Below are positions 49,660 through 57,848 of a DNA stretch of 64,000 nt, piece by piece. How positions within the stretch are numbered: position 1 is the stretch's first letter; each line of letters opens with the position of its first letter. The stretch lies in NCBI GenBank assembly GCA_964575845.1, contig CAZNSX010000006.1:5378-69377 (forward strand), written 5' to 3'. A program made the position numbers and the translations under genes. The notes below the pieces were generated by a model, which was given only the letters and a program-made list of their open reading frames with translations, did not search any database and was not told where the DNA came from. The stretch is from an uncultured bacterium (GTDB lineage: Bacteria > UBA8248 > CAZNSX01).

Positions 49660-49970
49660 TCGGCAGACTCGATGGATGTGTTGAGGCCGGTGAAGTCGGG
49701 CCTGGTGAAGGTGGAACCCGACGGGAAGTGGTCCAGGCTGGCGGGATGATCTTGAAAGGGGCTGGTCAGGTCGGCCATGGTCGGATGCCTTGTGTAGCGG
49801 GCCTCTGTGGTCAGCGCCAGGTCCGTGAGACCGAGGGCTTCAGTGAGAGTCCGCCTCACCCTCAGTTCCTCCTCCATCCTTCTCTCGGGGCGCCATGAGA
49901 AGTAAAGCAAAGAGCTCAGGGCGAGAACCTCCAGAGCAACCAAGAGGAAGAACGCCGTTGACCCTCTCAA
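49656..49970 (-). CDS. Small membrane-anchored hypothetical protein
   Basis: N-terminal TM then LTDLAL..EARYTRHP..D..PFQDHP; overlaps the permease start. Confidence 0.65.
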   Translation of the reverse strand: MRGSTAFFLLVALEVLALSSLLYFSWRPERRMEEELRVRRTLTEALGLTDLALTTEARYTRHPTMADLTSPFQDHPASLDHFPSGSTFTRPDFTGLNTSIESAE

Positions 49971-50029
49971 TATGAATCACCCCTCCAGACATAGCTGAAG
50001 CTGGGTTTTCCTTCCGCCCGGCTCAGACC

Positions 50030-50539
50030 TCATTTCATGTGCTTCATATCATGCTTGGGCTTTTCTCCGCGCAACACCCGGATCGTCTCGTATCTGACCT
50101 CATGAAACCGAAATATGTGCTTTCCGCCATGGTCCCTGGAGAATTCCTCGGCAGCCTCTCGGGAGGAGAGGGGAACGAGCTCATGCCCCATGGGGCCCAA
50201 TACGTCACTTCCCAACACGAAAGAGGCTTTCTTCGCATCGACCCACTTGAGGGTATAGTAATCCTTGACCCAGAGGGCCGCTATATCCTCTCGCTTCTTT
50301 TGTGTGTACTTTTGGGTGTTGAAGTAGTATTCGAACATGCACTTCGGCCCATCGAAGAAGGCCGCGGAGCCGTCCTTGAAGACGACCTCCGCCCACCACT
50401 TGGGGTATTTGTGAACGAACATGCCGCAGACCGGACACCTGTCCCCACTCTTCGCCTCTATGGGACCCTGGGAAAAGCATGCGGCGTAAGCGAAGAGGAT
50501 TATCACGAGAGCGACGGGAACGATGATTTTCGCCTTCAT
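50030..50539 (-). CDS. nosL: NosL family (copper chaperone-like) protein
   Basis: CPVCGM, FDGPKC, GSDVLGPMGHELVP; signal peptide; His/Met-rich tail. Confidence 0.88.
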   Translation of the reverse strand: MKAKIIVPVALVIILFAYAACFSQGPIEAKSGDRCPVCGMFVHKYPKWWAEVVFKDGSAAFFDGPKCMFEYYFNTQKYTQKKREDIAALWVKDYYTLKWVDAKKASFVLGSDVLGPMGHELVPLSSREAAEEFSRDHGGKHIFRFHEVRYETIRVLRGEKPKHDMKHMK

Positions 50540-50837
50540 TGTGCGACCCTCCTCTCCGAACGATTCTCCATGGATGAAAGTCCCTTGAGTCGTCCCCTCA
50601 GGCCTCGATCCCGTATCGGTCGCCGACTAAAAGGATACGACGTCCTCTTTAGGAATCTTGGCAGAGCCCTCCAGACCGAGGCCAGGGACGTCTGCACCCC
50701 CGGCCGCGCTTGGATTGGTTTTCAGCCTACGATATGGCGCGAAATATATATATTTCATTATAGCAAAGGGAGCGGCCAATTGGGTGAGTGCGGCATTCAG
50801 TAGCCGAGAAGGCTGGCCGGTGGAAGAGTTGTGACCC

Positions 50838-51416
50838 TCAGCCCAGCTTCTCGAGGAAGGGCCTGATTATATCGAAGACTTGCTCATCGTCCAGGTCTCC
50901 GATAGCCTGCCCCCTCACTGTGCCTGAGTCGTCAACGATGAAAAAGACGGGGAGGCCCGCTATGCCATAAATTTTCGTGGCGACGCGGCCGTCCTTATCG
51001 AGGAGGATGGGAAAGGTGAGGCCCTCTTTACCAGCGAAGGCGCGCACCTGGCTCTCATACTGGCGGACGTTGACCGCGACGACCTCGAATCCCATCGGGT
51101 GCATCTTCTTGTAGACCTTGCCTAGCTTTCCCATGCCGGTGCGGCAGAAGCGGCACCAATCCGCCCAGAAAACGAGAAAAACGACGCTGCTTCTGAAGCT
51201 GCTGAAGGAAGCCTCCCCACCCCCAAGGCGAGGCAAGGTAAAATCGGGCGCCTTCTCGCCTATTTTCACCCTCGGGCCCTGACCGCAACCCAAGAGAGCC
51301 ACCACGAGCAGAAGGGCCGGTATTCTCCTAACCCAGCCGCACACGCATGGCAGTGGCCTCTTATTTCCAGCTGACGACCGAGGTCCTATGCTCTCAAGCC
51401 GCCTCTGCATTTCCAA
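50838..51416 (-). CDS. TlpA/ResA-like thiol-disulfide oxidoreductase lipoprotein
   Basis: Lipobox LLGC, APDFTL, FWADWCRFC, GLP; true start probably downstream of 51416. Confidence 0.85.
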   Translation of the reverse strand: MEMQRRLESIGPRSSAGNKRPLPCVCGWVRRIPALLLVVALLGCGQGPRVKIGEKAPDFTLPRLGGGEASFSSFRSSVVFLVFWADWCRFCRTGMGKLGKVYKKMHPMGFEVVAVNVRQYESQVRAFAGKEGLTFPILLDKDGRVATKIYGIAGLPVFFIVDDSGTVRGQAIGDLDDEQVFDIIRPFLEKLG

Positions 51417-51435
51417 CAGCGAATTTTCCTAAACT

Positions 51436-52200
51436 CTAATCAGGAATGACTGCCTTATTGGCCATCTCGGGCTCATGCGAGGGGATGATTATATCGGCCA
51501 AACCTTTTAAATATAGCAGGCTCTCGAAAGCCTTGACGGGGTCAACGTGAATCCCGGGCACGATCACCGGTTGACCAGCCATCAGCGAGCTCTCCCTCAA
51601 GTGCTTCGGCGGGTAGAAGTTGTCATTGATGCAGCAGAAGCCCGCGATGACAGCCTTTCTCTTTTTCGTCTGGATGGCAACGGACTGACCGCCGGGAGTG
51701 TGGCCGGGGCTCGGGATCACGGAGATCCCCGGCAGGACTTCCCTCTCGCCTCTGACCACCTCGAAGTTGAGGTCCCTGAAGAAAGCTTCATCATAGAACA
51801 TCTTGGCAGTTTTATGGGGGGAGAAGGCATATTGAACTTCTTCCTCTTGAACCAGGACCTTCGCGTTAGTGCACTTCTGGGTGTTCATGCAATGGTCGGT
51901 GTGCAGGTGCGTTTGGATTACCAGGTCGATCTCCTCTGGCTTGAGGCCCAGGCTGCCCAGAGCGTCCTCGAAATCCTGCACGGACTCAATCTCGCTTTCT
52001 TTGAGTCCCGGAACATGCTCCAGGTAATCTCTGGCATTTGCGCTCGTGTCGACGATGACGTTGAGGTCAGCCCCTTGGATGCACCAGAAGGTATACGGGC
52101 GCCATTCCTTCACGCCGTAGTTCGAGAGATAGGTCATCATCCCCTTTTCCCGCAGCATCCTCGAAAGCGTCAGAGGCACGATGGTATATTCCGGCATCAT
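51436..52200 (-). CDS. Metallo-beta-lactamase fold, N-acyl homoserine lactonase-like hydrolase
   Basis: THLHTDH, PGHTPG, PSHE; ATG 52200 with ggagg RBS. Confidence 0.87.
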   Translation of the reverse strand: MMPEYTIVPLTLSRMLREKGMMTYLSNYGVKEWRPYTFWCIQGADLNVIVDTSANARDYLEHVPGLKESEIESVQDFEDALGSLGLKPEEIDLVIQTHLHTDHCMNTQKCTNAKVLVQEEEVQYAFSPHKTAKMFYDEAFFRDLNFEVVRGEREVLPGISVIPSPGHTPGGQSVAIQTKKRKAVIAGFCCINDNFYPPKHLRESSLMAGQPVIVPGIHVDPVKAFESLLYLKGLADIIIPSHEPEMANKAVIPD

Positions 52201-52315
52201 TCGACCTCCCCGATGTTTCCTGGCCAAGGAGCCCAGCGTCTTCCCCTCAGTCCGAGAAGCCATTGCCTGCTCGCCATGGTCAGAGGGCCTTGGCCAAAAG
52301 GACTCCGTTCTCTCT

Positions 52316-52957
52316 TCATTCTGGCTCGTAGAGTATGACTTTAAGTGGCTTGAGCTTCCACGAATTGCACGGATTCAACACTTGCGGGCAATTTGAGAGC
52401 GCGGCCAGTACATCCATGTCCGCCCGGAGGTCAATGTAATCCCCCGCCTTATCGACGGGTTCCTCGATCGTCGTCGTTCCGTCATCGCGGATGGGCACAT
52501 TCATGAAGACATTGAGATTATAGGGGATGTCCTTCCACTTCAAACCGTACGGTTCCACCGCCTTTGCGAAGTTGTCCCGGCAGTTCGGGGTATCTTCCGC
52601 GCCGTAACGATAATAGTTGGTATACCGGCTGCAGGCTCCGGCCAGAAGGTCATGCACCTTGGCGGTGTCCTCGATGACGGTGAACATCTTGCCGGCCTCG
52701 TCGGAGAAAAGGGAGTGGCCCGTCGTGAAGCGGATCGACTTGTTTATCATTATCGTGTTCTGAGGCGAGAGCTTCTCCTCGAGCCGATGGAGATTGAAGC
52801 ACACGAAGTCGGCGACTTGATGGCCCTCTATATCGATTATCCGCAGCACTTGCCCTTTCTTCACCTCGATGGTAAGGTATCCGCCTGGTCCCACCGTGAT
52901 TTCCTCGACCACCCCGCCCTTCACGTTCTCGCTCGGATGCTTGCCCGCGCTCTCCAT
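52316..52957 (-). CDS. Urea carboxylase-associated (DUF1989) family protein
   Basis: GQVLRIID.EG.QVAD, HDLLAGAC, NCRDN, NVFMNV, SNCPQ..NPCN. Confidence 0.88.
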   Translation of the reverse strand: MESAGKHPSENVKGGVVEEITVGPGGYLTIEVKKGQVLRIIDIEGHQVADFVCFNLHRLEEKLSPQNTIMINKSIRFTTGHSLFSDEAGKMFTVIEDTAKVHDLLAGACSRYTNYYRYGAEDTPNCRDNFAKAVEPYGLKWKDIPYNLNVFMNVPIRDDGTTTIEEPVDKAGDYIDLRADMDVLAALSNCPQVLNPCNSWKLKPLKVILYEPE

Positions 52958-53160
52958 GTCTCCTCCCTCCCTCGATTCACCGCGGCCGAGTAGCGATCCC
53001 AGAGCAGCCCATGCCTGATTTAACCTGCGAAAAGGTTGGCTAAGACACCCCTCGTTTACCCATCAAACGCCTTCCTTGCGGAGGAGCAAAATCTTGAATT
53101 TACACAGTAGTCGAAAATGGCATTCGCTCTTGGATTCGGATGGAGCCGCTCGGACCTTCC

Positions 53161-53487
53161 TCAGGCTCCGAAGTCTACGACCAGGTCTCTTATAATGGGT
53201 GCGCCGGGGGCCGGCTCTATCGTGATGCTCTCTCCTGGATTCACTACCTCGGTACATCCCCTCACTTTTCTTCCGTTGACTTTCAGGAGACAGGCCATGC
53301 AAATTCCCCGGTAGCAGTTGAAGTTTCTGAAGGCCAAGGTGCGGTCAATATTTTCGTAGATGTGATTGATGAGGGCGAGAACGGTCAGCGGTTCCTTCTG
53401 GAAAACATCATAAGATGAGAACGTGGGGCTTTTGTCTCTTTTGGGGTTGAATCGAAAGACCTTTACCTTTATCGGCTCTTCAGTCAC
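53161..53487 (-). CDS. Stand-alone [2Fe-2S] protein (SdhB/FrdB N-terminal domain only)
   Basis: VFRFNP, DRTLAFR, CYRGICMAC...C, IRDLVVD; 108 aa; ATGA overlap with the flavoprotein. Confidence 0.85.
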   Translation of the reverse strand: MTEEPIKVKVFRFNPKRDKSPTFSSYDVFQKEPLTVLALINHIYENIDRTLAFRNFNCYRGICMACLLKVNGRKVRGCTEVVNPGESITIEPAPGAPIIRDLVVDFGA

Positions 53488-55187
53488 TGCGTGGCGCCCG
53501 GAGGAAGTATTCTTGTTATTTTGACTGGCGCTGATGAGATGGCCATTTCATCAGCCTTCCGAGATATCCTGGTGTGTTTAACCCATTTTTTATTGTCCAT
53601 AAAGGGGAAATCCTTCCTGAAATGAGTCCCCCGGCTTTCCTCTCTGAAGAGGGAGGCCCGCGCCACCATCTCCGCCACATCGAGCATGTTCTTAGATTCC
53701 TCTGTTTCGATGAGGTCATAATTATACTCTAAGAAAGAAGGGGCATCAACACGGGACAGGTCCTCCCTCAGCGCTCTTATCATGTCGATCGCCTCGAGGA
53801 GCCGTTCCCTCTCCCTTATGAGACCTATCTTTTCCCATACGATCTGCCGCAGGAGCTTCTTCACAAAAAAAGGCCTCAAAGACCTCTTCTTGGGTTCCAT
53901 GATCGACCCAAGTCTCTGCAATTCCTCCTCGATGATTTTCCCGTCCGGTTCGACGGACGCCCCCGCCTTAGCTTGGGCGGCCGCCCTTTCCCCCGCCACG
54001 CCCCCGAATACTATGGTTTCCAAAAGGGCGTTCCCCGCCAGCCTATTTGCCCCGTGGACATTGGCGGCCACCTCGCCGCATGCAAACAAACCCGGCACCG
54101 ATGTCCGGCAGTCCTCATCTATCCATATGCCCCCCAGGGTGAAATGAGCCGATGGAGCCACTTCAAGGGGTACCTCTTTGATTTCTATCCCGAACTCCCT
54201 GAGACGCTTTGTCCCCGGAACGAGGTTTGAAATTTCTTCTTTTTCAGAACCCGTGCAAAGGGAGAGGTCCACATGGATGCCATTATGTTCAGTCCCCCTG
54301 CCTTCGCTGACCTCTCTGTACATGAGGTTGGATAGTTCATCCCGGGTGGGGAATTCTCCCGGCGTGGTGAGCTCGTCTCCCCTCCCGTTCAGAAGTCTTG
54401 CTTTCGTTCCCACAAAGGCCTCGTAAGCGACCTCAAGCCCCCTGACGCAGTCGGGATATACCATGATCGTCGGGTAGAAGAGCTGTTGCTCCATGTCCAC
54501 TACCTCCGCCCCCGCTTCGTATGCGAGAGCGAAGCCGTCGCCGGTGCTTTCCGGGGGGCAATCAGTATATTCCCATATCTGCTCACATCCGCCCGTCGCC
54601 AAAAGTATGGCCTTTGCGCTTACGGCTAAAGGGATTCCTTCCCGCAGCTCAAGCGCGACTACGCCGCAGGCAATTCCTTCGCGCAGGAGGATTTTCGTGA
54701 CCAAGGAATTCTGGATAGCCCTTATATTGGGGTATTTTTTGACCTCCCTCCGGAGACCGCCGGTGAATCCCGCTCCTCCCCTCTCCACGTATAACATCCG
54801 CCTATGGCTCATCCCGGGGAGAGGCGGCCAGAGAAAATAGCCGCCCCCCGCCCTCTTGAACCTGACCCCGTAACTCTCCAGGTCGGCGACGCTCTGAGGG
54901 CCACCCTCGGCCATCGCCTCCGCCAGGTTCTGGTCGGAGAGGTATTTTCCGGAGACGACTACATCCTTGAAGTGGTTCTCAATGCTGTCCTCAGGGACGG
55001 CCCCTGTCACCGCGGTATAGCCCGAGTGGATGAGAGGGGTTATGCCGCTCTTGCCCAGGGGGCCCTTGCCGAGAATGAGGACGGATGCTCCCGACCGGGC
55101 GGCCTTTATCGCAGCCTGTGGCCCCGCGCTTCCCAGGCCGACCACCAGGACATCGGTTTCCAGGTTCTCCATCCCGCCGATAGCCAT
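53484..55187 (-). CDS. SdhA/FrdA/NadB family flavoprotein
   Basis: GLGSAG, LATGG, TGDG, AHFTLGG, HGANRLAGN, REESRGTHFRKDFP. Confidence 0.9.
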   Translation of the reverse strand: MAIGGMENLETDVLVVGLGSAGPQAAIKAARSGASVLILGKGPLGKSGITPLIHSGYTAVTGAVPEDSIENHFKDVVVSGKYLSDQNLAEAMAEGGPQSVADLESYGVRFKRAGGGYFLWPPLPGMSHRRMLYVERGGAGFTGGLRREVKKYPNIRAIQNSLVTKILLREGIACGVVALELREGIPLAVSAKAILLATGGCEQIWEYTDCPPESTGDGFALAYEAGAEVVDMEQQLFYPTIMVYPDCVRGLEVAYEAFVGTKARLLNGRGDELTTPGEFPTRDELSNLMYREVSEGRGTEHNGIHVDLSLCTGSEKEEISNLVPGTKRLREFGIEIKEVPLEVAPSAHFTLGGIWIDEDCRTSVPGLFACGEVAANVHGANRLAGNALLETIVFGGVAGERAAAQAKAGASVEPDGKIIEEELQRLGSIMEPKKRSLRPFFVKKLLRQIVWEKIGLIRERERLLEAIDMIRALREDLSRVDAPSFLEYNYDLIETEESKNMLDVAEMVARASLFREESRGTHFRKDFPFMDNKKWVKHTRISRKADEMAISSAPVKITRILPPGATQ

Positions 55188-55197
55188 CGGATTCTTC

Positions 55198-56352
55198 TCA
55201 GCCTCCTATCTTTCTCAAGTGCCTCGGGCAATCCGAGAGAACCTCGCGTCCTTTCTCCGTCACGAGCACCACCTCTTCCACATGGAATATTCCGCAGTCT
55301 TCGACAATGCCCGGTTCCACTGACACCGCCATGCCAGGACCCAAGATGGTTTCATCATAATAAGCTATGTGGGGAAGCTCCGTGAGCATGAGGCCGATGC
55401 CGTGGCCCACCCTTCCGGCCCCGAAGCTGAAGTCGAGGCCCTGGGTTTTCATCTCCCTGCCGCAGGCTTCGACCACATCCCTCACCGGGACTCCCGGGCC
55501 AATGGCCTCCACCCCTCGGGCGGTTACCTCGATGAGCCGGCGCTGGAGGTCTTCCTGACGTCCCGCGGCCCCGCCCACAACTCCCGCCCTCGAGAAATCA
55601 GCCCAATAGCCGCGATAGATGGCGCCGGTGTCGATGTGGAGCAGATCGCCCCCATCGATTCTCCTCTCCGTGGGAGTACCGCTGACCCTCTTGTAATTTC
55701 CGGCGCCCGAGACCATCGCAAAGAAGCCCGCGGCGTCGGCCCCTTCCTCTATCATAATAGTTGTCAGAAGGGAGGCGATTTCCCTTTCCCTCATCCCGCG
55801 CCGGATCCTGGGGAAGCCTTTCTCGTATGCGGAGGAGGTTATCTCGCAGGCTTTCCTCAGGTAGCTTATCTCCCTCTCCGACTTTATCATCCTCGTCTTC
55901 CATATGGCCTCTGAGCCATCCCTGAAAAGAGCCTTCGGGGCCCTCCGCTGGAGTTCTATCAGGTCGGAAAATGGGATCCCTAGGCGCTGCTCCCGACCGA
56001 GCTCGGCTCCTATAGTCTTATCAAGAAGCCTCCTCGAGGAGAGGGCGTCCATCAATTGATCCAGGGGCGAGGAGGTGAGGTCCGAATAGGGCCTGATATC
56101 TTTCACCGGAGAGCTGGCCTTGACGTCCTCCAGATGAAAAAGATGGGCGAGGATGACCGGCTCATCAGAGAGGGGAATGAGCACGATGTTCGCGCGGGTC
56201 AGGGTCGCCCAGGGGCAGAAAGGGCGATGCCCCGTAAAATATCGGTAGTTGGGGTCCGAGGTGATGAGAAGGGCATCGAGGCCCTCCTCCGCCATCAATC
56301 CCCTCACCCTTTCCCACCGCGAAAAGTATTCTTCCTCAGGGAACCACTCCAT
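55198..56352 (-). CDS. M24 family Xaa-Pro peptidase-like hydrolase
   Basis: IDTG, ADFSR, GHGIGL, VEPG, HVEE; full metal-ligand set. Confidence 0.9.
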   Translation of the reverse strand: MEWFPEEEYFSRWERVRGLMAEEGLDALLITSDPNYRYFTGHRPFCPWATLTRANIVLIPLSDEPVILAHLFHLEDVKASSPVKDIRPYSDLTSSPLDQLMDALSSRRLLDKTIGAELGREQRLGIPFSDLIELQRRAPKALFRDGSEAIWKTRMIKSEREISYLRKACEITSSAYEKGFPRIRRGMREREIASLLTTIMIEEGADAAGFFAMVSGAGNYKRVSGTPTERRIDGGDLLHIDTGAIYRGYWADFSRAGVVGGAAGRQEDLQRRLIEVTARGVEAIGPGVPVRDVVEACGREMKTQGLDFSFGAGRVGHGIGLMLTELPHIAYYDETILGPGMAVSVEPGIVEDCGIFHVEEVVLVTEKGREVLSDCPRHLRKIGG

Positions 56353-56720
56353 TTCAGGGCCTCTCCATGATGCCCAAAATCAATTCGCCTCCCGCCAGCA
56401 CCCTGGGAGCTGGCCTTCGGCCCTCAAAATGATACTAAATAAATGACCTTTGGCAAGGCAAATTCTCGCGAAGAGATAAAAGCACTTCTTAAGCCTTTCT
56501 CAGCCCTAACGCTCGGCCCCATTCCCGTGGGCCCGGTGAAGCCTGGCCAATGAGGCTTTGAGGTGCCGAAGCCGAGAGCCCGAAGGCCTCGGGCTAGCCT
56601 CAGGGACAATAGATTGGGCTGGGAGTTGAATTGCTAAGGGACATGTAGCAGACGCGCCACAACTTTTCCAGCTTGATGATTTGTATGGGCGAGGACATCA
56701 ACTGGACAGCTAGAATGATG

Positions 56721-56917
56721 GGAGCCGGGTAGGTCAAGGCCCTGCCTTGACCGGCAGATTCAACGAGGCCCGGCCATGAGGCTACGAGCTGTAGTGTATT
56801 TAAGCAATGACAAGAGATAATCAACAAAGAATTGTGTTTGGTGGGCTCAATGGCAAATTAGCGTGTTAGCCTCTGAAACAGGAATTGTCACGGCGCAGCC
56901 GTGAGCTACCCGGCTCC
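56721..56917. repeat. Inverted pair of 31-bp GTAG-REP-like elements
   Basis: 56721-56751(+) GGAGCCGGGTAGGTCAAGGCCCTGCCTTGAC and 56887-56917(-) GGAGCCGGGTAGCTCACGGCTGCGCCGTGAC. Confidence 0.55.
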
Positions 56918-57175
56918 AATAGCAATTGCTGGCAGATTTTTTAGGTGTTCCTGGGTGATTCTAAAGCTAGGTGTGGATGCTTGACTGCCCACGAAAAACA
57001 TGTCATTGGAGCCGGTCGTCGGAGCCTCAAATCCTTAAGAGGATTTGGGATTTAAAGGGCAACCCTTTTCTCTTAGCAAGGAATTTGCTTATTGTTGAGT
57101 CGGAAGAATTTCAAAAATATTGAGATAATCGAAATTAAATCATACCCCGTTCTATTGATCAGGCAGACGCCGACA

Positions 57176-57844
57176 CTAACTTGTCAACCAGTGGATGTGC
57201 GCAGTTTTGACTTCTTCTTTAGTTATTGTAACCGGTGAATTTGTAGATGAAAGATTACGGATTGAATCGTATTTCATCCATAGTTCGGGATAATAATTTC
57301 TAAAAATAAATTTAATGAAGGTTCCAAAATCAACGCCAGATTTTACTGGAATGCGGCAGCATTCGCTGTTGAAATGTAAATGTGATGCCGGATGTAAGTC
57401 ATATGCTTGTTCAGGATCGAAATCAAAGCGTATAGCAGATATTAGCCTTCCTCTCTCCCTATATTCCTCCGGTCCGATTGTGTAAAGGATACTTTCCAAG
57501 CTATGTAGGTCGATTTCGTCTTCTAGATCAATCGGGCAGGGATAAAGACAAAGGCGATGTCGAATTATATGTCCGCCCCTTAGCCAATATGTGACCTGGA
57601 GTAGAGAACCATCTCGCAAAACGCATGAATAATGCCCTCCCTGAAGCATTTCCATGTATTGGTCGAAGTTGGCATCATCATACCTGTAGGGGTCAAAGCA
57701 TGTTCGCGGAGACCAAGATATAAGGAATAGACCCTTCCCAATCTTTTTTTGCAGGTGATATTTGGCATTAATCGCAATTTCTGTTTCGAGTAACCAGAAA
57801 AAAAAAGATGTAATTTTTTTTGCAAGAGAGGAAGGAGTCATCAA
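57176..57844 (-). CDS. DUF2290 domain protein (Helicase-DUF2290 defence system)
   Basis: YSCVLRDGSLLQ, HRL..YPCP, RFDFD, HPASHLH, CRIPV; AT-rich; 4 nt from the helicase. Confidence 0.8.
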   Translation of the reverse strand: MMTPSSLAKKITSFFFWLLETEIAINAKYHLQKKIGKGLFLISWSPRTCFDPYRYDDANFDQYMEMLQGGHYSCVLRDGSLLQVTYWLRGGHIIRHRLCLYPCPIDLEDEIDLHSLESILYTIGPEEYRERGRLISAIRFDFDPEQAYDLHPASHLHFNSECCRIPVKSGVDFGTFIKFIFRNYYPELWMKYDSIRNLSSTNSPVTITKEEVKTAHIHWLTS

Positions 57845-57848
57845 TATC

